Positions 30,801 through 40,860 of a DNA stretch of 64,000 nt are shown here, piece by piece. Source of the stretch: Balanoglossus misakiensis (Eukaryota > Animalia > Hemichordata); assembly GCA_040954595.2 (NCBI GenBank), contig CM082576.2, positions 12,527,129 through 12,591,128 of the forward strand, in the 5' to 3' direction. Below the pieces are notes generated by a model. It searched no databases and was not told the origin of the DNA. It saw only the letters and a program-made list of their open reading frames with translations. Position numbers and translations under genes: made by a program. How positions within the stretch are numbered: the stretch's first letter is position 1; every line of letters begins with the position of its first letter.

Positions 30801-33800
30801 ACGTGTAAAAGTAATGTTGTTTCTTCGAATTCTAGGCCAGTGATCTTCTGCATGGCACCCTCCAGTTGAATCTGGACAGAGTGTGCAGGGACGGTTTGCC
30901 AAAGAGGAAAGCTGGGTGAGTGACATGACCTTTGACCTTTGCCAGGCTGCCCATTATCCATCTGTATTTATACCCGTACTATTTTGCTGCGGATTGATGT
31001 TTGCGAATGTCATAGGACTGTCAGAAGACAAGCTACATACATGTATCCTTTGAGTAAGGAGTTATTCAAAGATACATGTAGAGAAAAAACAGTGGCCTAG
31101 AGACTTAAGTGTCAGAAGAGAGATGTATTTCATGTCCTGAGATAAAACAGACACGCTGTGCCATCGTTACATCAAACAGCAGTTCACAATCCTCTGCCTG
31201 TGAAATGCATGGAAAGAATCAGTGATTATTTGGTGTATGTTTGCTACAAGAGACAATATGGAACCTGCAATCAACATTGAATCATGTGATCTTTGCCTGT
31301 CTTGTCCTTCAGTGAATCTTGGCTGGGTTTCAACAGAAGATTGACCTCCAGGCAGAGTTCAATCAAGAAAATGAACGAGATCCAGAAAAGCATTGATGGG
31401 TGGGAAGGCAAAAATATCAACGAAAGTTGCAACGAATTCATCATGGAAGGCGTTCTGGGCAAAACTGGGAAGAAGGTGAGTGAGTGACAGAAATGTGAAA
31501 TTTAAGTTTAGATTATTTCGATATTGCTATTGATGTGGATGGTGTTTGATAGCAGTGGTAACTACCGTTACTCCTGGAGATTTCAAGATAAATTCTCAAA
31601 TGTTTTTTCATATTTTATACATTTGTAGGCGTACCATGTGACAGAGAGACATGTGTTTCTCTTCGACTCTCTGTTGGTGTGTTGTAAACCAAACACAAGG
31701 AGGTCAGTGACTGGCAACACAGCCGAGTACAGACTGAAGGAGAAATTCCCAATCAGGAAGATTGTCATCAGTGACAAGGAATACAGTGACGGTAAGTGAA
31801 AAGACTTTCTCTCTGTGGTGGTAAGTTACCAGCTTGTGTGTGTGTGTGACTTTCTGTCTGTGATAAGTGACCAGATTTACTGAATATGATGGTATTAAGT
31901 GACTCTGTCACTTTGCGTTATTATTATAATTGCATCTCATCATAGACTCAAAGTGGGATGCATGTGCTGGCTGCAGTCTCCATTTTCTACAGCAGAATGG
32001 TGCACTATTTAATGAAAGATGTTACCCACCCCCACACTCACACACCATTGAAACGTATTAATAAGTTGTGACATTGTTACAAATAACATATCACTGATGT
32101 GATATTACATTACAACTGCCAATATATTTCACCTGTCATCTGAGTTTTGTTTGTGTTTATATCAGATGCCAAACATGCGTTTGAAATTGTGGTGAAGGAT
32201 CAGCCGCATCCGACAGTGTTCCTTGGCAAGTCGATGGAGGACAAAAACAGTTGGATGGCAGTGCTCACTGCATTGCACTACAAAAGGTGAGTGCAGTTGA
32301 AAGATGTTGAAACAAATGCCTGTGTATTGCAATTCAGTGTTTTTGTTAAGGGCGGTACCTACTTTAAGGTAAATGTTACCAGGGTTCCCCAGTCATTTTA
32401 CCGTGGTTTCCCTTGGTATATAATACATGTAGAAGTGTACTTATCAGAGAATCTGTAACTTGCTGTGGATGCTGATTGGGTGGAGTGATTAAAATAGCAA
32501 CCAACTCCCTGGTGTTTGCTATTAAAAGGTGTTTTTTCGGACTTTGTTGATGAAATTATTGTTTTTTGTTGACCAGCACACTGGAACGGATGTTGGATAC
32601 AATTCTGGCAGACGAAGACCGGAAACAGCCACTGAGGTTGCCTGGTATTGAACAATACAGGTAGGTGTCGTACAGAAAATGGGATTCCGGGAAATTTTAC
32701 AGTTAACCTGTGTGTGTGATGATTTGGGTGTTATTTTATTAAAAAAGAGTTTGAATGTAAAGCTTGGGATGTCTCGTTTTTTCATCACTGTCAGTTGTTT
32801 TAGGTATATTTTAAAACAGCCTCGAAAAAAGTCAAAATATAGTGTAACCAGCCATTCAAGGTTGACATGGAGTGTGCATGCGCTCCCCGTTCTGGTGAGG
32901 TCAGAGGTCACCTTGGATTTAGCATAGGCAAGTCATGCGGTGGTTTCAAGAAATAATTTCTGGTTTATCAAGCCAAAATGAGACAGTTATATACCAGTCT
33001 TTCCCTTTAACATGCTATTATCACTGATTATGTCACCTTCTTTGCCATGTGAGGTGTTATACAGCTTAGGTGGTGGGTGTGTCAGTTTGACATCCTGTCA
33101 TTAGTCGCTACTGATGAGCCATGGCTGAGAGACCGCAACCCAAGTGTGTTACCCGCACGTCTAATTTTAGAATGTCGCCCATTGTTGTGGTTGGCGTGGT
33201 ATGTGCACCCCTTTCTGTGGCGAGGTCAGAGGTCGGATGAGCGTGTCACATTGCTTTGCCGCAAGATGACGCTTGTGTGAGACTCGCCAACAATAGCTCC
33301 TGAAATGTCAGTGATGGAAGTTAGAATCGATCTTTTATGTTAAACGGAAAATTAGGAGATTCTTAAGGTAGAGCTCCAGAGAATACACTGTAGAACTTGG
33401 AGTTATTGCTAGGTTGGTTAGCTTGTTGTCTGTAGATTGATTCAGGCTTCATCACCGGTTGTGAGAGCTCTACACACCAGACATGTAGGCAGTGTTCCCT
33501 CTGAAGTTTGAGAGGTTGGGCAAGTTTGGGTTAGACACCTGTTACACAGCAAGCAAAAACAAAAACCTGTTTGGGATTCAATTCAAAATCTCATAGTCTA
33601 TACGAGTGTACCGGTAGTCATTAGCACGTCAACCTCAACATAGCAGTAAAATCAGCAGTCATGGTTGTGAGCTGAGATTTTCTTAAATAAAATCTAATTA
33701 ATGAGCGATGTGCCTAGAAATACAAGATGTGCAAAGCATGATATTTCACTACAGCTTTTAATAAACAATATTCATCTTTCTTTCCAAGGTTTGTGGAAGA

Positions 33801-36800
33801 CGACAGCGACGACAACGTAGTCTTTGAGGAGGGTCAAAGGTCACCTTCTGGAGTACAGATCATCAAGGGAGGAAGTCTACTGAAGCTGATAGAGCGATTG
33901 ACGTACCATACCTATGCTGATCTGTCGTACGTACGGACATTCCTGACCACATACAGGTCCTTTTGTGAACCGCAGGAACTTCTGTCTCTACTTATAGAAA
34001 GATATCCTTTTTTTATTTAATGGCGGATGACTGGCAGATGACTGACAGATGACCAAGAGATGACTGACATGTGCCATCTAATCAGGTGGTTGTTAAATTG
34101 GTGAAATTCTTGAGAAATATCAGACTTTTTTACAGATTGGATATCTTTGTTGACAGACAGCCTCTCCGCCAGTTGCAGAATGTTTGTCAGTGTCACCAAT
34201 GGGAGAGAAAAGCGTTCAATATATCGTGTCGGTTTAATGGGAATTTTTCTGATAAGAGTGGATGGATATTGAATCTATCTTCACCCCCCTCTGAGGGGAG
34301 GGATTGGGGAAGAATTTCATGTCAGGTACATGCATATGCAATTGACATTATTTCCTTGACCGAATGATTCCACATTCGAGATTCCTGATCCACCAATGAC
34401 GGAAGAAGACCAAGCTGCCCTGGCCCAAGGCATCACTCCGGTCAGGGAAGATCTCAAGAAATTCCGGAAGGAATACGCACAGCCTATCCAATTAAGGTGC
34501 GTATCCCGCCCTGCAGCTGAAACACTTCATTTAGTAATATTCCACAAACTCTGCCACACACCAGCCATGAAGTAGTGGGGGCATCGTGGCCTAGTGGAAA
34601 GGGTACCGAACTCACAATCGGAGAGTTATGGGTTTGATACCCAGACCTGGACATGGCCGTGGATTTTCCATCTGAGGATGGTGTCTTCATGGCTGCGATG
34701 CTGTGCCCTTGAGCAAGGCACTTCCCATTGCTCTGGGGGGACTTGCTTTGTACATGTATAGGTTATTCACACCTGTTCCAGTCACCCTATCCTAAGTAGA
34801 CGTACTTTCTATGTTTGCTGTGGATGAATTAAATAAATTTTATACTTCACTCTTCAGATGCATTTAAGTTGCCCACAATGCTAAAAACCATGATATATTG
34901 TTCCTTGCAATGTGCACACACAGAGTATTGAACGTGTTCCGACACTGGGTGGACCAGCATTTCTACGACTTCGAACGAGATCCAGAGTTGCTGAAGAAAC
35001 TGATGAAGTTCATCAACGAGAGCGAAAGTGTCAAGGGCAAGGCCATGAGAAAGTGGGTGGAGTCCATCAAGAAAATTGTACAGAGGAGGGTAAGGTCGTC
35101 CTGTTCAGTTTTCACTCATGTTGCTGCTTTGACTCTTGTGGCAGTGAGAGACAGCAAGAAAGAAAAAATAGCTGCCTGTAGGAAGCCATATTGAATCTCT
35201 ATGAACCCGGAAACCTCTGCTAAACAAACAGTTAAATTTAGATGTCCAGTTCAAACAGGTTTTACCATAAAGCCATGGACACATGCATATGTATAAGAAT
35301 ATGATCCATTGGTTCTCAAGAGAAAATTTCTAATTACAAGTTACCATGTGAAAGACTGTTTATGCTAGCAAAAAATCGTGTGTTGCATCAAGACTTATGA
35401 ATAATCCACTTCTTTAACCCTTTCATCACTATGGTTTGGTCCAATTTCATTGTTTCCTATGGTAAACCTGGACCCTCTATAGAGAGAACTCGGGGTGGAA
35501 GGGTTAGGGAATGGAACATTCAAACTGAATAAGAAATGCGATTGTTGCACTACTGGCAAATTTTCATGTGTTTGAGTCACACCCATATATTTGTTTGATC
35601 TAAACGGTCTCTTTGTTTCTCTCTTTTTTTTTCTAGTCACAAACAGAAAACAAAGGACAACCAGAAATCACATTTGCCCAGACACCACCACCGATTGAAT
35701 ATCACATAGCCAGAAACCCAGAAAGCTTTGAACTGATGACGGTGGGTATTCTCTTTTGTTTCTTAGTCCTTGGGTCTACACATACATTCTACTGTTATAT
35801 GTCTTCCTCTGTCTGTCTGTCCGTCTGTCTGACTGACTGTGTGCGTGTCTCATTTACCATGACTCTGTCTGTCTGTCTGTCTGTCTGACTGTGTGAGTGT
35901 CTAATTTGCCATGCATGCTGCAGGTCTGCTTTCTCTATTGAAAATAAAATGTTAAACTGTAGCCAAGTGGTGAAGGAATTCATATTCATATGTCTTCCAT
36001 CTGTTTGTCCGTCCATCTGTCTGTCTGTTTGTCTGTCTGTCTGACTGTGTGAATGTCTTGTTTACCATGTACACTATAGGTCTGATTTCGCTATTGAAAA
36101 ATGATACGTTAACTGTAGCTGAGTGGTAAAAGAATTCATATATTGGAAAGACTTCACTGATACACATAAATCTTTGTTGTGTGTTGAAATCAATTCAACT
36201 TTGTGTGGTTCTTAGATTCTGCTTGCTGTCAATATTATTTCCCCAGTGCGACTTTTGTAATCTTTGACCAAAATATATGGGTTGTTTTTGAGTCAACTAA
36301 AAACTGACAAGCATCTGTATTCAGAATGACAAGAATTGATAATCTTATTAAGGTACAGTAAAAACTGTACATTTGCTTTGTAATCTATTGACAAAATTGA
36401 AGATTTTGAAGAAATTTCTCAGTGCTCAGATATTGAAACTTGTTATTGTTTGTTCCTCCATGACAGCTTCACCCGATAGAAATCGGTCGACAGCTGACTC
36501 TGCTGGAGTCTGACCTGTACAGGGCGGTCAAACCCTCTGAGCTGGTCGGCTGTGTGTGGACCAAGAAAGAGAAACACACACAGTCGCCGAATTTGATGAA
36601 AATGATACGGCATTCTACTAATGTAAGTATAGCTGGGTGAGGGTTTTTTTTTTGGGGGGGGGGGGGGATGGTGCACGAGGTGGGGGAGGGGAGGGGGAGG
36701 GGGGTTTGTAGAGCGCACTCCCACGCCAAGAACAGTGACTCATGCAGTAGTGGTTAGCCATGCAACCAAACTGCCGGGATTTTGCGGGCTTCATCTCTCG

Positions 36801-39800
36801 GAAGTAGTGTGCATGTACTACGGCTTCCAAAAATGTACCGTGCACAAGCTTTGTGTGGTTGCATGATTACAGAGAGGGTTGCCAAGTCTCCAATGTTTAC
36901 TTCAGGACCTTGAGATTATGATCTTGGAATAACGTTGAATTCATATTCTTCATGTAACAGTAACTGCTTAATTATGCATCCATGTTTAATTTGTGGACTT
37001 TTTAGTTGGGAATAATCAACTGTGCTCATCCAATGATTTTTGTTGATGTGTTTTTCAGTTGACGTTATGGTTGGAGAAATGTATAGTTACATCAGAGAAC
37101 TTTGAAGAGAGAATAGCAGTAGTTTCCAGAATTATAGAGATTCTTATGGTAAGTTGACGTCATCAACAAAAATGCAAGTATATTTGTACCTGTATTTATG
37201 AATTCATAGGCAGTTCGATATCATGACAGATACATGTACCATTAATCTTGCCACTCTTAACTTTTTCTACATCCCTTTACATTCCTCCAAAAATGTAAAA
37301 ATTCACTCAAGAAAATCTGAAATTGAATTTGTCAATGGTTGTTTCTCTCCAAATGAGGAAATTTCATATGTGTGACTGTTTTATGCCACAGGTGTTTCAA
37401 GAGTGTAACAATTTCAACGGTCTGTTGGAGATAGTCAGTGCAATGGATTCAGCACCAATACATAGGCTAGAACATACATTTATGGTAAGTCAATTAATAG
37501 CAAACATTTTCGAAACTACCGTAGATTGTGGCAAAGTTTGAGCTTGACTTCTTTGAGTCCACTATTCTGTACTAAGGCTGCATCCATGTAACATTGCTAA
37601 GTAGAAGTCATGAAATACAGTCAACATTTCTCCTATCTCTTACCACAGTGAGTTGTCGACCTTTTACCCAGAATGCAATTATTATAATGTGATTTGACCC
37701 CCTAGCACAAAGTGAAAACCTGTTTAAGGCAGCCAGAATTGTTGATCCTAGTACAGTGATCGCAGGCAACTTGTATTACATGTTTTTGATGACTTTCACC
37801 TCTGTAGGAGCTTTCTCCCAAGAAGAAGCAGGCACTGGAAGAAGCTAAAGAACTCAGTGCGGATCATTTGAAGAAATATCAAGAGAAGCTAAGGTCTATC
37901 AATCCTCCCTGCGTTCCTTTCTTTGGTGAGTGACATTTACATTTAGTATTCCTCTCAACTACAAATGAAGAAATCAGTGTTAATGTTAGCATACTACTGA
38001 TACTGGTTTGTTACTGCAAAATTTATCGGTGGAAAGTCATTGCCTTTTCGACGGAGTCACATTTGGTTGATATAGAAACACACCCAGCATTTTGCAGTGC
38101 TTTCCAAAAGTTGGAAGAGAACTGTACATGTAGGTACAGGAAAAATGCCATACATTGCAGTCTTTGTGGGCATAATTTGATTATTGGTTGTTGTTGATTT
38201 TTTCAAATTGATTTGATTTTCAGTTTTGACTTTAAATTTGATTTTTTTTCTCCAAAAAAAAGTTGCTTTTTGTGAGCCACAATGGATAAGATTTTCTTCC
38301 AGTGTAGTATAGTTCAGTTCCAGATATGCAATCCAACAGGGAAGATGGCTGCCGGTCAGACCCCCTATCTAGGTTAGAATTATCCACACACTACAATCTC
38401 TGTACAGAGAATGGGAAGATATCTGACAGGACCACAATGACTGTTTTCTATTCTCCCAACAGGCATGTATCTGACCAATATTTTACACATTGAGGAAGGC
38501 AATCCCGACTTTCTAAGAGCGGGCATTATAAACTTCAGCAAGAGGAGAAAAGTGGCGGAGATAACTGGGGAAATTCAGCAATACCAAAACCAGCCCTATT
38601 GCCTCACAGTGGAACAAGATATTAGGGTAAGACGAAATCGTTTTATTGCAGTTTTAGTATATTCTTAGCCAGTAGACGATGTCATTCTGAAGATTCCAAT
38701 ACACTTATGCGCACACCACGGTACAATGTAGTTGTGTTACTCTTGCAGCGGGAGGCGGAATAAACAAGTGTGGCACCTGTTTATTGCCAAAGAGGTTTTG
38801 AGAATTTTCAAAATAACAGAACCCCAGAAATCCACACACATCTAGTCCTTCAGTATTGCAAAGTAGAGGAGCAGTACATGAAAAATGCAGGGAATAATTC
38901 TGCAGTTTGTCTGAAGAAATTTTGTTTTGTTTTGCAGAAATTCTTTGAGAATTTGAACCCAATGGACGAGTTGACAGAGAAGGAACTGACTGATTTCCTC
39001 TATCAAAAATCGCTGGAAATTGAACCAAGGAATTGCAAACAACTTCCAAAATATGTAAGTTATTGCTGGTGAACAGTGCTCTGAACAAAACTGTTTGTTC
39101 TGCAATGACCAATGTCTCTAGATTTTTTTAAGTGCGTCATACGATTCACGTCTTCACAGTTTTATAAACCTAACATGAAAAACGTAATATGATGAAACAT
39201 GAAATAGAATAGACAAGGTGTCTTTGATGAAAATATAGTATATATTGGTTTATTCAGAAACAATGAATTAATACGGAAACTTGGCAACTTAAGTGAAAAG
39301 AAGACATGTTGACTGTAATGATTTCAGCGTGTGAAATAAGAAATTTGTCATCCAAAGTGTTAAAAGTAATGCATTGACTTCCCGAAAAGGCTAAGTTGTT
39401 AGTAATTATCACCCCACAGGCCAAATCAGTTGTGGATGAACTCCATTTGAAAGTTCACCCCTCTGTCTTTCTTTCTTTCCAGCCCAGGAAGACGGACTAT
39501 TCTTTGAAGTCTCCAGGTATCAAACCCAGTCGTCACTTGTCACTGTCAAGCTCCATTAGGTCGTCTCACCCCGTGCCACTGACCAGTGAGCCCAAATTAT
39601 TCAATTTCCAGGTACGTGTGTTCAGTTCAAATTTAGTTGAACATCGCAAATAGACATTGTAGGAATGAAAACCGAAATCTTGTTCTGTGAGGTGTAATCA
39701 TATATGAGTGTTGTGCATTTTTACATTTTAATATCTTGAGGGCCATCCCAAGCAGAAAGGGGTCTTATGGGAGCGCGATACTTATGACCATAAGACCCCT

Positions 39801-40860
39801 TTCTGCTTAGGATGGCCCATTGACAAACGTGTCCTTCCATAAAAAAATATGATAAATCTTGGCGTGTGTTTTTTTCCAGCAGAAAATTCAAGAGGATGAG
39901 AATGTGCATTCACCCAAACCAGTGACCCCTCCAGCACCCCCTACCCCGACCACCCCTACTGCTTCATCACCATTTGCAGAAGTCTTTGCTCCGGTGCTAA
40001 TTGATGGAAGTAAGTCGTACATTTCGGGTAATAGCCGTGTCTTTAAGGGTGATGATCATCTTATGTGCATGTGCCAAACCAGAGACTCTGGTTACGAAAT
40101 TTGTATACAGTGATGCCATAGCAGTGTGCTGTACTAACAACAGATGAGATGTCGGCGACCATTGTCTGTGTCAGAGAACGGGAAAAGACAGCAAATTGGG
40201 AGAAAAGACGGGATAAATCTAAAGTCTACTCATACGGTGTGCATGAAATATGGAAGGAATCGAAGGAAGTCAACTATTTGAATGCATCAAATGCAAAATT
40301 TGGAGAACATTTGGATTGGACGTAATGATTGTACACACGAAATTACGCACATGCACATACCAAAGATATCTTGACAAATAAGAGTTTATTCTGGTCATTT
40401 TGTAGTGGATAAGAAACAGTACAGTATGTTCTTTGTGGTCACCACCATTTGAGACTTACAAGCCAGTATGTCAACATAATGTCTATAACTATATCTGTGC
40501 CTCTTTCCCCCCCCGCAAAACATTGCAGGCAGGTCAACATCAACGCCCCCAAAAGAGGAGGACTTGAAACCACCCCCAATACCTCCCAGACGGAAAAGGG
40601 AAGTGTTCTCCCAAAGTGAGGTGTTTCCATCGTCGCCTCTGCCCAGTCCGGACGTACCTCCGATACCGCCACGGGAGAGCCGCGACCTCTCCCTGCAGAG
40701 TGGGCCGCCATTACCGCCACGCAAGGACTCTGTACATAATGTCAATGGTGCTATGGGGATTCCGGAACTCCCACCCAGAACGTATAGGTACAAACAGTTG
40801 CCCCCTCACCCGCCACCTACGCCGACTTCACCTTGGGATCTCCACCAGAAGCACACATAG
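21846..40860 (+). CDS. SOS: Son of sevenless, Ras/Rac guanine nucleotide exchange factor (histone fold-DH-PH-REM-Cdc25-proline-rich tail); complete
   Basis: 27 exons join in frame (about 1218 aa): 21846-21920, 25019-25276, 25518-25601, 26421-26501, 27055-27261, 28003-28146, 29766-29876, 29981-30079, 30341-30391, 30836-30915, 31313-31475, 31629-31791, 32166-32286, 32577-32660, 33789-34001, 34374-34496, 34924-35089, 35637-35741, 36467-36622, 37059-37148, 37392-37484, 37808-37925, 38463-38626, 38938-39054, 39483-39611, 39880-40009, 40529-40860. Motifs: [144 protein letters not shown], and four PxxPxR Grb2-SH3 motifs in the last exon. Confidence 0.97.
23065..23169. repeat. Inverted repeat (MITE-like hairpin) in SOS intron 1
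   Basis: GTTTGCAACCACAGACTG pairs with CAGTCTGTGGTTGAAAC (17 bp, one indel). Confidence 0.5.
25775..26015. repeat. Compound microsatellite (CA)n/(CATG)n/(CATA)n/(CAGA)n
   Basis: Directly visible tandem repeats in SOS intron 3. They explain the six overlapping low-complexity ORFs in the track. Confidence 0.95.
29517..29630 (+). mobile_element. Possible Helentron/DINE-1-like non-autonomous element end
   Basis: TTAGTGGTCCC...TTATAG followed by a (GTCY)n microsatellite, a layout resembling HINE elements. Only one end is recognisable. Confidence 0.3.
34002..34373 (+). other. U12-type (minor spliceosome) AT-AC intron of SOS
   Basis: 5' end ATATCCTTT at 34002, branch site TTTCCTTGAC at 34351-34360, 3' end CAC at 34371-34373. 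Removing it restores LLIER|FEIPDPP in frame. Confidence 0.95.
34577..34838 (+). mobile_element. tRNA-derived SINE, degenerate, in SOS intron 16
   Basis: Pol III A-box TGGCCTAGTGG (34587-34597), B-box-like GGTTTGATACC (34631-34641), central TGTGCCCTTGAGCAAGGCACTT (34702-34723) resembling conserved CORE/Meta-type SINE domains, and an AT-rich tail. Confidence 0.7.
35414..35507. mobile_element. Short MITE with TTAA-CCCTT...AAGGG-TTAG ends (piggyBac-like termini)
   Basis: TTAA|CCCTTTCATCAC ... GGGGTGGAAGGG|TTAG, 86 bp between the flanks. A related copy lies in reverse orientation at about 47745-47829. Confidence 0.55.
35797..36142. repeat. Tandem duplication (about 190 and 155 bp units) containing a (TCTG)n microsatellite
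   Basis: Both units start ATATGTCTTCC-(TCTG)n and end AGGTCTG.TTTC.CTATTGAAAA...GTTAA(A)CTGTAGC..AGTGGT.AA.GAATTCATAT. Confidence 0.8.

Noticed and set aside
31038-31080. GTATCCTTT (U12 GT-AG donor consensus) inside SOS intron 10
   Set aside because: It is not at an exon boundary, and the flanking exons join by a normal GT-AG intron. The word is one arm of a short TACATGTATC...GATACATGTA hairpin.
37665-37677. Isolated ZNF143-like word TACCCAGAATGCA in a SOS intron
   Set aside because: It is a single motif without promoter context.
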